64,000 nt of DNA from an uncultured Nitrososphaerota archaeon (GTDB taxonomy: Archaea > Thermoproteota > Nitrososphaeria > Nitrososphaerales > Nitrosopumilaceae): positions 352,001 to 416,000 of the forward strand of contig OY969559.1 of the NCBI GenBank assembly GCA_963701075.1, in the 5' to 3' direction. Positions 30,392 through 40,390 of the stretch are shown in pieces. A model generated the notes under the pieces. That model searched no databases. It was not told the DNA's origin and worked only from the letters and a program-made list of their open reading frames with translations. Position 1 is the stretch's first letter, and every line of letters begins with the position of its first letter. Made by a program: the position numbers and the translations under genes.

Positions 30392-31029
30392 ATTGCAACT
30401 GCCCTAACAGGAGATCCTGTGGCATCCTTTAGCTTGAGGGGCAACACTATCAACATAAAACTGGTTCTTTGAATTTTGTCAAGATTGCAGAGATTCTCCA
30501 AAATCAAGATTCCACTCTTCAATAAGACATGATGGGCAGAAAATTTTGAATCCTTACCCATGTCAATGCTAGGTGCGTCAATGCCTATCAGGCTAACCCT
30601 CTTTTTTGACAGGTACTTTGCTGCACCTGCTGAAAGCCCTGGGTTTTTGGTGAAATAGTCCTTTCTTGCTAGATTTTTTGACCAGCCGGTCCCAAAGATT
30701 ACGGCTGAACTAGGCGGTATCTTGCCATTTCTTGCTTCAAAGCTGACTATATCATTTTGAGTGATTGGCGTGTTGGGGCCCTTTCTTATATTGCATAAAA
30801 TTGCACTTGTGATCAATCTGTTGAGAGGAATCCTGTCTATTTTGATCCCTTTTTCTATGAAATGATACGGTGCATCAAGGTGGGTTCCAGTATGCGAGCT
30901 TAGGAAAATCAGCTCAAGATTGTATCCATCAGATTTTTTGTCTGCCCATGAAATGAATTGGGGACGTGGAGAGCCTGGAAAACTTGGAAGCTTGTTTGAA
31001 ATCTCAAGTGTCAGGTCAATTGGTTCCAC
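30388..31029 (-). CDS. Cyclase family metal-dependent hydrolase (kynurenine formamidase-like)
   Basis: HTGTHLDAPYH, GIDAPSID, ENL, GSPVRA. Confidence 0.88.
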   Translation of the reverse strand: MEPIDLTLEISNKLPSFPGSPRPQFISWADKKSDGYNLELIFLSSHTGTHLDAPYHFIEKGIKIDRIPLNRLITSAILCNIRKGPNTPITQNDIVSFEARNGKIPPSSAVIFGTGWSKNLARKDYFTKNPGLSAGAAKYLSKKRVSLIGIDAPSIDMGKDSKFSAHHVLLKSGILILENLCNLDKIQRTSFMLIVLPLKLKDATGSPVRAVAI

Positions 31030-31108
31030 AAAGTTAGTTGGAATCGGTAATAAATCAATTTTGATGTTCATAACCAAAAGTTAAATATTGTCAACAGAAA
31101 ATTATCTC

Positions 31109-31366
31109 ATGCCAACTACTTACATACTGATAAACTCTGATCTAGGCTCTGACGTCGAGATAATTCAGAAAATCAAGGAAATACTGAACAAAGAAAGCGG
31201 CATAAAATACGAAGTTCAAGGGGTCTATGGTGTTTATGATATTATAGTCAAGATCACCGCTGATTCAATGGATCATCTAAGGAGCATCATTACCAATAAC
31301 ATACGAAAGATAGACAAGGTCTATTCCACCCTGACAATGATGGTAATAGAAGAGCAGGAAAAGTAG
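31109..31366 (+). CDS. Stand-alone Lrp/AsnC ligand-binding (RAM) domain protein
   Basis: YILIN...VYGVYDIIVKI...IRKIDKVYSTLT; no HTH. Confidence 0.88.
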   Translation: MPTTYILINSDLGSDVEIIQKIKEILNKESGIKYEVQGVYGVYDIIVKITADSMDHLRSIITNNIRKIDKVYSTLTMMVIEEQEK

Positions 31367-32515
31367 CTAATTTCTTCTCAATGCGTCAATTACCCGCAAA
31401 ATCTCTGATTCTGTGTTAAAAAAGTGCGGCGAAGCCCTGATTATTTTCTTGGAAAATATCTCTCGCACGGCAAGTATCATGTTTTCCTTCTCTAGCCTTT
31501 TGACTATAAACTCGGGATTCTGGTCTTTAATGGCAAACGAGACTATGCTTGTTCTTTTTCTCTCTTCTTGGGGGCCAAACAGGACTATGCCAGGTATCTT
31601 TGCTAGCTCTTCGCGCATCAAGTTTGCAAGTTTGACATTTTGATTCCTTATCTTTTCGATTCCTGTCTTGAGAAGAAAATTGATGGATGCCTCAAGCCCG
31701 GCTGCTCCTGCCCAATTGCGAAACCCTGCCTGAAATCTCGCAGGCATTTCCTTGTGAATTATTTTATTATCGTGTAAAATTGCAGACTCGCCACCTATCT
31801 GCAGCGGCTCTATCAATTCGCTTGATTCTTTTTTACAGAAAAATACCCCGATGCCCATTGGACCGCAAAGCCACTTTGATCCGTTAAAGGACATGAAATT
31901 ACATTTTATCTTGTTTACATCGACATCGCTGATGCATCCAACTGTTTGTGCAGCATCAATAAAGTAAGGTATGCTCTTTTCTGCAAGGTACTCACCTATC
32001 TCTTCCACTGGAAGAATTGCTCCAGTGTTAAACAGGGCATGGCTTAGGACAACAAGTTGGGTCTTTTCATCAACCATCTTTTTTAACGAATCAAACTGGA
32101 AATATCCAGTTTCATCAATAGGCATCTCTCTTAACCCTGTTTTTTGGCCTGCCCTTACCCAGGGGTAATGATTTGCAGGGTGCTCATGATTTGAGCCGCG
32201 TGTTATGATGTTAGAGTCTTGCTTGAATTTCATGCCACTAGCTACAAAGTTTATTCCGTCAGTCACGCTTTGTGTTAGAACTACTTCTTCTTGTCTGCAC
32301 TTGATTAGCTGAGAAATTAATTTACGTAGATTGTTAAGTCGCTCTTTTACAAAATTGTCTGATAGTTCAGAATCGGGACCATACTCGTTATATTTTATCA
32401 GAAAATCATTCATTGTCTGTATGCTAGTCTTTGGCATTCTGGATGTAGATGCGTTGTTTAGGTAGATTCTATCCGTGTAAGGAAATTCTTGTGAAAAATC
32501 AGAACTCAAGTTCAT
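31367..32515 (-). CDS. Class V PLP-dependent enzyme (cysteine desulfurase-like fold)
   Basis: IYLNNAS, EHPAN, DAAQ, SKWLCGP, IRASPHFFN. Confidence 0.85.
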   Translation of the reverse strand: MNLSSDFSQEFPYTDRIYLNNASTSRMPKTSIQTMNDFLIKYNEYGPDSELSDNFVKERLNNLRKLISQLIKCRQEEVVLTQSVTDGINFVASGMKFKQDSNIITRGSNHEHPANHYPWVRAGQKTGLREMPIDETGYFQFDSLKKMVDEKTQLVVLSHALFNTGAILPVEEIGEYLAEKSIPYFIDAAQTVGCISDVDVNKIKCNFMSFNGSKWLCGPMGIGVFFCKKESSELIEPLQIGGESAILHDNKIIHKEMPARFQAGFRNWAGAAGLEASINFLLKTGIEKIRNQNVKLANLMREELAKIPGIVLFGPQEERKRTSIVSFAIKDQNPEFIVKRLEKENMILAVREIFSKKIIRASPHFFNTESEILRVIDALRRN

Positions 32516-32583
32516 TGTTGCCAAGATATTTTCACTACACAAACTGGTTATAATTTTTGGCTATGGAAAACTAGTTACTCATC

Positions 32584-33121
32584 TTACTTCATCTTAGATG
32601 GTAGTTTGATTGTCTTTCCGGCCACCATGAAAGCGCCTTTACCGCGGTGATGGACAGGCCGGGGATCTTTTTTAGAACGGTCAATCCACGCCTTCAGAAC
32701 CTCCAAGATAAAAATATTATATTTATTGACCAGTCTTGTATCGATAACCTTGCATTCAAGGCTGGCATAGCATTCATCAATTAGTGGTGCCATGACGACC
32801 GAGGCGGCAACAGGCGTCAGGCCGAAAGTTTTGAACTTGTCGGTGTTACGCCCGGAAGTATTGCCGCAGCCAACCACTTTTTTCACTCAGCTCCACTGTC
32901 GGAATATTGATCACGCATTCTTTGGTTTTTCTTAGAATATCAAATGTATAGTCCCGGTTGCTGACGACACAGCCGACAATAGGTGGTTCAAAATCGATCA
33001 TCATGTGCCACGACATGGTCATGACATTTGCACCATGCCTGTCAGCAGTTGTAACCATCACCACCGGTCCGGGCTCGAGCAAGCGGTAGACCTGAGATAA
33101 GGGTAAAGGTGTTTTTTTCAT
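32584..33121 (-). CDS. Flavin reductase-like (RutF/DIM6) protein; apparent frameshift at 32888
   Basis: YRLLEPGPVVMVTT, NVMTMSW, ECVINIP joined to CGNTSGRNTDKF, LECKV, HHRG. Confidence 0.85.
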
Positions 33122-33243
33122 ATCTTTTCTACAGCGATATCCCATTTATGATTAGCCCGGCGGCAGATAATATTGTAGCAGGTTTCAAATTATGATTCGT
33201 AATTTAACTTCATTATTATATTACGCTCTGGCTACTTGTTGTA

Positions 33244-33855
33244 TTGTTTAAAAATCATGATGAATCTGAGAACTTGGCTCCAAAATTAAAAGACATTCTT
33301 TCACAAGTACAGATTAATTCTGTTTTGTATTCTGATCCTTTTGTAAAAGCAGGCTTTATATCAAAACTTGTCAGCGAGGTAAAAACTAGCGTACTGTACT
33401 TGGATCTTGATTTGTTGTATAGTGGATATGTGGTATCAGGCACAATTCCTTCACAAGACAATCTCACTTTGTATCAACCTTCTAAAGAAACAATTAGTGA
33501 TATGCTGACAGAGATACTGGTCAAGGCAAGTACGTCTCAGGTGCTGGTCGTAATAGATTCAATCAATGGCCTTTTCAACATGTTACATCACAAAAAAGAT
33601 GTTGGAAGGGTGGTAGCCTCAATTGTTGTGTTGCTTGCAAGCATTACCCGTGTCACCAAGTCATATATCGTCATATCAAGCATGGCAAGATACAAGAAAG
33701 AAGAGGGCTGGGTTTTGTCACCAACTGGGAAACGATTCATTGAGACAAAAAACAGCAAGAAAATACTGCTTGAACAAGGAAAGGAAGGAATTATTGTGAG
33801 CCTCTTGGGAGATTCAAGCAAACTGCTGCTTCCAGCAAACTCTATTCCGATCTAG
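33244..33855 (+). CDS. Hypothetical protein, degenerate RecA-like fold
   Basis: VLYLDLD and VLVVIDSING strands; no intact Walker A. Confidence 0.6.
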   Translation: MFKNHDESENLAPKLKDILSQVQINSVLYSDPFVKAGFISKLVSEVKTSVLYLDLDLLYSGYVVSGTIPSQDNLTLYQPSKETISDMLTEILVKASTSQVLVVIDSINGLFNMLHHKKDVGRVVASIVVLLASITRVTKSYIVISSMARYKKEEGWVLSPTGKRFIETKNSKKILLEQGKEGIIVSLLGDSSKLLLPANSIPI

Positions 33856-34133
33856 TCTAGTCTCTTGATGATGTGATATCCAAACTGTGTTTTTACAATA
33901 TCGGAGATCTGTCCCTTTTCTAGTGCAAACGCAGCTTTTTCAAATTCCTTTACCATTGCACCTCTTCCAAAAAGACCCAGGTCTCCGCCTTTTTTCTTTG
34001 AAACATCTATGGAATACTGTTGGGCAAGTTTTGAAAAGCTCTCACCGCTTGATAATTTTGTTTTGATCTCTTGGGCCACACTCAACTTTTCTACCAATAT
34101 GTGCGAACAATGAATTTTGCTTACCACGATCAC
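33852..34133 (-). CDS. Parvulin-type peptidyl-prolyl isomerase
   Basis: CSHILV, GGDLG, MVKEFEKAAF, TQFGYHII. Confidence 0.95.
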   Translation of the reverse strand: MIVVSKIHCSHILVEKLSVAQEIKTKLSSGESFSKLAQQYSIDVSKKKGGDLGLFGRGAMVKEFEKAAFALEKGQISDIVKTQFGYHIIKRLD

Positions 34134-34300
34134 AGGTTGTTGACAAATTATAAAAAAACGTCGGTCCGAGAATCGGCTCTTATTCTAAGAATTTAGAATG
34201 AGCTGATCAAAGTCTAACACTGTTATAAAATTTCTAAACGCCGTTATAACATCGATCTTTTCAGCAAGTTATATTAAGATCATTTAAAGTAATACTGAAC

Positions 34301-34600
34301 ATGCCAGTTGGAATTATTCCAGATATCGGCGAACAAATGTGCATAGGATGTGCACTCTGCGTAGAGATTTGTACATCACTAGGCCCAGACGTACTAAGAG
34401 TAAAACCAGTAGAAGGCTGGAAGAGAGGTAAAGCATTTGTATTTTATCCAGAGAGATGCATCTCAGACGGTGCATGCATCGGCGTTTGCCCAACAAAGGC
34501 AATCTTCTGGATGAGACCAATGGACTTTACTCCAGGACAACCAGTACCACTGTATAGAAACTCTATATTCGTCAAAGGTTGGACTGAACTAGCCGAATAA
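34301..34600 (+). CDS. 4Fe-4S dicluster ferredoxin
   Basis: CIGCALCVEIC and CISDGACIGVCP (second cluster has Asp in place of one Cys). Confidence 0.92.
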   Translation: MPVGIIPDIGEQMCIGCALCVEICTSLGPDVLRVKPVEGWKRGKAFVFYPERCISDGACIGVCPTKAIFWMRPMDFTPGQPVPLYRNSIFVKGWTELAE

Positions 34601-34680
34601 AAGTTCAACATTAACTCCTTTTTATTATTCTCACCCTAACCTTCGGTTTCTAAATATATGGAATGCAACCATCTCTAGCA

Positions 34681-35175
34681 GTGAGCAAACCCGGTAATCT
34701 CTGGAGAAAAATGCATGGCAAAATTACAAAGAAACCTACTAACTTTAGTTGGCTGCTTGACAACAAACTTGCAGGCAGTGGAATGCCAACCACACATTCA
34801 GAAATTGACTGGGTGGTAAAGCAGGGAGTCAGGTCAATAGTTACAATGACAGAAGAGTCATTACCGGATTTGTGGGTAAAGGATGTCAAGTACTTGCATG
34901 TACCAACAGAAGATTTTTCTGCACCTGACATGGAACAGATTGATCAAGCAGTAGAGTTCATCGACGAAAGAATCCGAAATAACGAACCCGTCATGGTTCA
35001 CTGTGCAGCTGGAATAGGAAGAACTGGGACCATTCTTGCATGCTATCTTGTAAAGTATCAAAAATTATCTGCAAAAGGCGCCATAGAAAAAGTACGAAAA
35101 GAAAGACCGGGTTCGATCCAATCCGAATCTCAGGAATTAGCAATCAGCTTGTATTACAAGCATGTACACAACTAA
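34681..35175 (+). CDS. Dual-specificity/PTP-like phosphatase
   Basis: VHCAAGIGRTG active-site loop; D loop; RPGSIQ. Confidence 0.92.
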   Translation: MSKPGNLWRKMHGKITKKPTNFSWLLDNKLAGSGMPTTHSEIDWVVKQGVRSIVTMTEESLPDLWVKDVKYLHVPTEDFSAPDMEQIDQAVEFIDERIRNNEPVMVHCAAGIGRTGTILACYLVKYQKLSAKGAIEKVRKERPGSIQSESQELAISLYYKHVHN

Positions 35176-35331
35176 TTATTCTGGTATTGATGTAGTTACC
35201 ATCTTTCCATTTTCAAGTTTGATGAAGAGGAATCTGTTGTCTTTGAAGATCAAGGTTATCTCATTGTCTCTTTCAGACTTGTCTTCAACTTCAAGCAATT
35301 CCTGTCCTCTAATACCATCGAATTTTGCCAT
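35176..35331 (-). CDS. Small hypothetical protein (51 aa)
   Basis: Manual translation MAKFDGIRGQELLEVEDKSERDNEITLIFKDNRFLFIKLENGKMVTTSIPE*; fills the gap exactly. Confidence 0.7.
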   Translation of the reverse strand: MAKFDGIRGQELLEVEDKSERDNEITLIFKDNRFLFIKLENGKMVTTSIPE

Positions 35332-35360
35332 GACGTTACTCTGATAATTCCATTTATATC

Positions 35361-35903
35361 CTATTTGGTGATTTCAATTTCTATTTCTTTAGAGCTAGTC
35401 TTGCCATCAAATTCTTCAGCATAGTCATGCTTGAACCAAGAGACATAAACTTCTGCACCAATCTTGTGCTTTCCTGGGCCAAGCTCAGACGCCTTGAAAT
35501 CTATTTTTTCGTCAAAATCAAGCAATAGCTGTTGTGCTTCTACTTGGTTCATCGGAATGTGTGGCTCAAAGTTCTTGGATATCTGGACCCAGATCTTCCT
35601 TTCTGCCATCTGGGTAAGCTTTGGGTTTCGTGTCCAGAAAAGAGCGGCCTTCTTGTACGTATCCAATGGTGTTCCCACCTCACGCTTTCTTAATCCGCCG
35701 GAATAGAGCTTAACGCCATATTTGAGCTTGAATACATTATCATGTTTGTTGTATGCGCGTTCCCAATTTTTTTCATTGAATGCTTCACGAAGTCCTCCGG
35801 TTACAGAGAATTTCACATTTATTGCAATGTTATCATTTACGCTGAATTTATCAACAGATTTTTCTAACAAGACCTTATCTATTGTGTTTTTTTCGTTTGC
35901 CAA
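35361..35903 (-). CDS. Conserved hypothetical protein
   Basis: 180-aa ORF with native-like composition; no recognised motif. Confidence 0.7.
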   Translation of the reverse strand: MANEKNTIDKVLLEKSVDKFSVNDNIAINVKFSVTGGLREAFNEKNWERAYNKHDNVFKLKYGVKLYSGGLRKREVGTPLDTYKKAALFWTRNPKLTQMAERKIWVQISKNFEPHIPMNQVEAQQLLLDFDEKIDFKASELGPGKHKIGAEVYVSWFKHDYAEEFDGKTSSKEIEIEITK

Positions 35904-35948
35904 CTCTTCGTAATGATTTATATCATCAATAAGTATTTTTTGACTTAG

Positions 35949-36230
35949 ATGGATGTTCAGGTCAAAAAGTCTTCTACAAAGGAAGTTCTCCTAGATATAA
36001 GAAAATCTGACATTAGTACACTATACATTGTACAACATGAATTGCTCAAGGATCCTACAGTGGAATTTGCAGCCGTAGTGCTAAAACATCCACTAACCAA
36101 GGAATACGCAATGCGCGTAAACACATCCAAGGGCAACCCGATCAAGGAAATTGAAAAGGCCATCAAGGTTGCAATAAGCTACTCTGATGAACTAAAAAAG
36201 GCGATTAACTCAAAAATTAAAGGTGCATAG
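35949..36230 (+). CDS. rpoL: RNA polymerase subunit L (Rpo11)
   Basis: ELLKDPTVEFAA...HPL; rpoL-tfs-pcn gene order. Confidence 0.88.
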   Translation: MDVQVKKSSTKEVLLDIRKSDISTLYIVQHELLKDPTVEFAAVVLKHPLTKEYAMRVNTSKGNPIKEIEKAIKVAISYSDELKKAINSKIKGA

Positions 36231-36546
36231 ATGAAATTTTGCCCCAAATGTGAAGCTAGGCTTAAGCTCAGCTGACTCAGAGTCTGAATTTGTATGTCCT
36301 AAATGTGGTTATAGCGAGAAAGGCACCAAGGCAAAAAAGAAGGCAAAGGCAGAGGACCGTTCTACAATTAACATACTTGATGAAAAAGAGAAAAAAGAAA
36401 CACTGCCTGTCATAAAAATTGAATGTACAAAATGTGGTAACAATGAAGCAGTATGGTGGATGCTTCAGACTCGAAGTGCTGATGAGCCCACCACACAATT
36501 TTACAGATGTGTAAGTTGTAGTTTCACTTGGCGAAATTACGCATAA
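36231..36546 (+). CDS. tfs: Transcription factor S (TFS/RpoM); apparent frameshift at 36269
   Basis: MKFCPKC...CPKCGY; C-terminal CTKC...QTRSADEPTTQFYRC. Confidence 0.93.
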
Positions 36547-36660
36547 AGACTTTCACGCAAGTTTATGGTTCATTATATCATGTCGTCGAAAGTTATTGTA
36601 AAATAACCTTGCAGATCTCGCATAAGGTTTAACTTGAACATGCTAGACATGTGAATAAGT

Positions 36661-37407
36661 TTGGTATTTTCTGCAAAGACCGGAGGCTCTGATGAATGGA
36701 AAGCAGTGATATCTGCTATCTCTACATTGGTAGAAGAAGCAACCTTTGAGGCCACGGGCGAAGGAATTGCTTTCCGGGGAATGGATCCTTCTCATGTTGC
36801 ATTAATTGATATTACATGGCCCAATTCTGCATTTGAAAAATATGTCTGCGATGCAGATGTAAAGTTTGGTGTAAGAATTGATGAGTTTGCCAAGCTAATC
36901 AAGAGAGCTGACAAAAAAGACAACATAGAGATCAGCATTTCAGAGGAAAAATTACTACTTGTTACTATTGGCAAAAATAAGAAATACAAAATGAGGCTGA
37001 TAGAAAGTTCTGCAACAGATACTCCTTTGCCAAAAATTACCTATAGTGCAAAGGTTGCTGTGACTTCAACTGAATTTGATAGAATCCTAGGCGACATTCA
37101 GGTGGTTTCAGAATATCTCTCAATCACTGCCAGCCCCAACAAGGCAGAATTTTCTGGCAGGGGTGACTCGGGTGAGGCAGTGATTACACTGGAGAAGGGA
37201 GCGCCTGAGATGCCAGAAATTGAAGTCAAAGAAGACAGTACGGCAACTTATAGTCTTGACTATCTTAACAGCATTGTAAAAGCAGTAGGAGCTGCAGCAG
37301 GTACGGTTGTATGTGAATACTCTACCAAAATGCCACTTCGACTAGAGTTTAAGGTTGCAAATATAGGTAGAATTCATTTCTATCTGGCTCCAAGAGTTGA
37401 AAGTTAA
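36661..37407 (+). CDS. pcn: DNA sliding clamp PCNA
   Basis: MDPSHVALI, YSLDYL, FYLAPR. Confidence 0.96.
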   Translation: MVFSAKTGGSDEWKAVISAISTLVEEATFEATGEGIAFRGMDPSHVALIDITWPNSAFEKYVCDADVKFGVRIDEFAKLIKRADKKDNIEISISEEKLLLVTIGKNKKYKMRLIESSATDTPLPKITYSAKVAVTSTEFDRILGDIQVVSEYLSITASPNKAEFSGRGDSGEAVITLEKGAPEMPEIEVKEDSTATYSLDYLNSIVKAVGAAAGTVVCEYSTKMPLRLEFKVANIGRIHFYLAPRVES

Positions 37408-37444
37408 AAGCATTTTAAGGATATTATAGTCAGGTAATACTGGT

Positions 37445-38845
37445 TTGAAGCTAGTCCTAAAGTTTGGTGGAACATCAATTGCTTCTGCAGCAAACATTCG
37501 AAATGTAGCCAACTTGATAAAATCACTCTCAAAAGAAAACAAGATAATTCCAGTCTTTTCAGCAATGAGCGGCGTTACGGACGACCTGATTAGGATAACA
37601 AATCACATCAAAGACAGGAACACAGAAGCTGCCAATTCTCTGGTAAAAAAAATTATCAAGATGCACATGGATATTTCTCATCAATGTGTGAAAAATCCAA
37701 AAATCCGAAAGGATCTAGTAAACAAAATGAGAGCTGACCTCGATGAGCTTGAGGAACTACTACATGGCATGTTGCTTCTTGGTGAAGTGACCCCGCGATC
37801 TTCTGACTATTTGATTTCATTTGGAGAAAGATTATCAGTTAATCTGATTGCATATACATTAAATGACATTGGCGTCAAGGCAGTGCCCCTTGCAGGAAAA
37901 GATGCTGGAATTGTCACCGATTCAAATTTTGGTGAAGCAAAGCCATTAATGGATACCACAAGACTGCACGTATCACATAAAATTGAAAGTCTTTCACAGA
38001 AGAAGATGATGCCAGTAATTGGAGGTTTTGCCGGCGCGGATCAGCATGGCAACATAACCACGTTTGGTAGGGGAGGATCTGACTATACTGCCACAATAAT
38101 TGCATCCAGCATAAAGGCTGATGAAGTGTGGCTGATGAGCGACGTGGATGGACTGATGACAACAGATCCAAAGATTGTAAAAAATGCCAAACTGATCAAA
38201 GAAGTATCATATGTTGAAGCCATGGAGATGGCTCTATTTGGCGCAAAACAGATTCATCCAAGAGCTCTTGAGCCACTGGTTGCAAAAAAAATCACACTAC
38301 GAATCCGAAATACGTTTAACATAAAAAATCCCGGCACGCTTGTAACAGCAGACCCGCAAGCTCACACACAAGAGACAGTAAAGTGTGTAAGCGCAATAAG
38401 GCACACGGGATTGATTGATGTGCGGGGAGGAAGCATGGTAGGTGCTCCCGGCACTGCGGCTACAATATTTTCTACTCTTGCAAAAGCTGGAGTCAATGTA
38501 ATGATGATCTCTCAGAGCCCGTCTGAATCAAGCATATCAATTATTGTAAAAAAGAATGACATGGATAAAGCTGTTAATGCACTTGAGATGAATCTGCTTG
38601 GCAAAATAATCAAAAAAGTAGACGTTACTGTAGATGTATCCATTATAGCACTAATTGGATCTGGAATGAGAGGAATAGCTGGCGTTGCCTCTAAGGTATT
38701 TACTGCAGTAGCAAAAAAGGGCATAAACGTAATAATGATTGCACAAGGCTCATCTGAACTTAACATTGCTTTTGTTGTCAAGGACTCGGACTGTAATGCG
38801 GCAGTACAAGCATTGCATGATGAATTTGATTTGGCAAAAACTTAG
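37445..38845 (+). CDS. lysC: Aspartate kinase
   Basis: KFGGTS, SAMSGVTD, GRGGSDYTA, two ACT domains (QSPSE, QGSSE). Confidence 0.95.
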   Translation: MKLVLKFGGTSIASAANIRNVANLIKSLSKENKIIPVFSAMSGVTDDLIRITNHIKDRNTEAANSLVKKIIKMHMDISHQCVKNPKIRKDLVNKMRADLDELEELLHGMLLLGEVTPRSSDYLISFGERLSVNLIAYTLNDIGVKAVPLAGKDAGIVTDSNFGEAKPLMDTTRLHVSHKIESLSQKKMMPVIGGFAGADQHGNITTFGRGGSDYTATIIASSIKADEVWLMSDVDGLMTTDPKIVKNAKLIKEVSYVEAMEMALFGAKQIHPRALEPLVAKKITLRIRNTFNIKNPGTLVTADPQAHTQETVKCVSAIRHTGLIDVRGGSMVGAPGTAATIFSTLAKAGVNVMMISQSPSESSISIIVKKNDMDKAVNALEMNLLGKIIKKVDVTVDVSIIALIGSGMRGIAGVASKVFTAVAKKGINVIMIAQGSSELNIAFVVKDSDCNAAVQALHDEFDLAKT

Positions 38846-38895
38846 GCACGTTTTACTGAAAGCATATTTATGCTGAGCAGGCATTTTGAAGCACT

Positions 38896-40356
38896 ATGAA
38901 TAGGCTACTTGTTGCAGTAATTATTGCAGTTGCAGTAGGTATCATATTTTCAATTCCCTTGTTATCTAATAATTTAGCTACTGCGGGAACTATAAAAAAA
39001 ATACAGTTTACTCAAACCCTTACATCATCGCAGGACCCCGGACTGGGAGACAGTAACGAACAGCTTGCAATGATACTGCTGCCAAATAATGGAACCCTTT
39101 ACGCTGGTACGCTAACATATACTGCAAGCGAGCCTGTTCAGGTTGTAATTTTACATCAAATAGATAAAAGCGACTCAAAAGGCCAGCCTGTGTGGACAGT
39201 TGACAATAACACAATTTACGCTGAAACCATAATTAATTCAGACTCTAATGGCGGAACTCTTGACTTTACAGGATCGGCAATTGGACTTCATTCCATAAAC
39301 TCGACTCAATTTACGGTAACAGCAAGCCTTGATGGATGGATAAGGGGCACAACGCCAGAGTTTTTGCAAAATAATACTCAAGTTATTTCTGAAAACAATC
39401 TGAAATCATCCAGGGCGGAAATTTCGGTAAAGATACCCATGCACAAGGGACTATACAATGGAAGCCCTGTTTACTATATCATAACTGATTCAAGCAACAG
39501 CATGGAAGCCAGTCAAATATCTACCGAACAAAACTGGAAGGTGCAGCAATCTCCTCTCTTGGCGCAAGCTCCACAAAAATTGCTCAGCAAGATGTATGTG
39601 TTTACAAATGGAGTAACCGGGGATGGGACACAGAAATACCAAGACGAAGTGTTTTCAGATACGCCATCTGATACACGCTATACGCCAGTCAGTCTGGTAA
39701 TCCAGGCCACATGGAGTCCAGGAAAAATCCCGCAAGTTCTAAACTCTACAAAAGATATTCTTGATGCAAATACAACAGGCGCGATAACACTAACCAACAC
39801 TGGAGATGTAGTCAATACTCCTCAAATAGTTTGGCCGGGAGGTCAGCTGGCTGTTAGAAACAATACGGAAATATCTGATCAAACAGCCTATGCCGGAAGC
39901 CAGGTACTCAATATAGATAACGCAAGCAAGTCTGTTACATTTGTAGCCCATCGGGGATGGGGTCCGGATGGAAAGACAGTTTATTATATAATTACAAGCG
40001 GTACACCTGATGGTCCTGCAAAAATGATGGGATTGGAAAACACGCCAGCATTGTCGATACTTTCATCTGCTGCAAGAGATCTTTACAACTTTGCCAACGG
40101 CATCAAGAGCGGCGGGTCATTTGGCTTTCAAGAAGGAATTTCTAGTGCGCAACTTGGCGATGCCAAATATTCTCCCATCTGCAATATATCGATGGTAACA
40201 TGGGCAAATCCCCAAAATGCAACATTGTTACAAAACATGAATGACATTAACTTTGAAGAATCTCAGGGAACAATCACTGTACAACCTGCCCAAGTATTCA
40301 ATAGCAACTACATGCTTGATTGCCCAATCATTGAGATTCCAAAAAGCAACCCATGA
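38896..40356 (+). CDS. Secreted hypothetical protein with an internally duplicated C-terminal module
   Basis: N-terminal signal/TM; repeats G..VYYIIT...Y.F.NG....G...Q..V......Y[TS]P. Confidence 0.75.
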   Translation: MNRLLVAVIIAVAVGIIFSIPLLSNNLATAGTIKKIQFTQTLTSSQDPGLGDSNEQLAMILLPNNGTLYAGTLTYTASEPVQVVILHQIDKSDSKGQPVWTVDNNTIYAETIINSDSNGGTLDFTGSAIGLHSINSTQFTVTASLDGWIRGTTPEFLQNNTQVISENNLKSSRAEISVKIPMHKGLYNGSPVYYIITDSSNSMEASQISTEQNWKVQQSPLLAQAPQKLLSKMYVFTNGVTGDGTQKYQDEVFSDTPSDTRYTPVSLVIQATWSPGKIPQVLNSTKDILDANTTGAITLTNTGDVVNTPQIVWPGGQLAVRNNTEISDQTAYAGSQVLNIDNASKSVTFVAHRGWGPDGKTVYYIITSGTPDGPAKMMGLENTPALSILSSAARDLYNFANGIKSGGSFGFQEGISSAQLGDAKYSPICNISMVTWANPQNATLLQNMNDINFEESQGTITVQPAQVFNSNYMLDCPIIEIPKSNP

Positions 40357-40390
40357 AAAGGGATAAATTTACTCTAAAAATTTCTTACTG

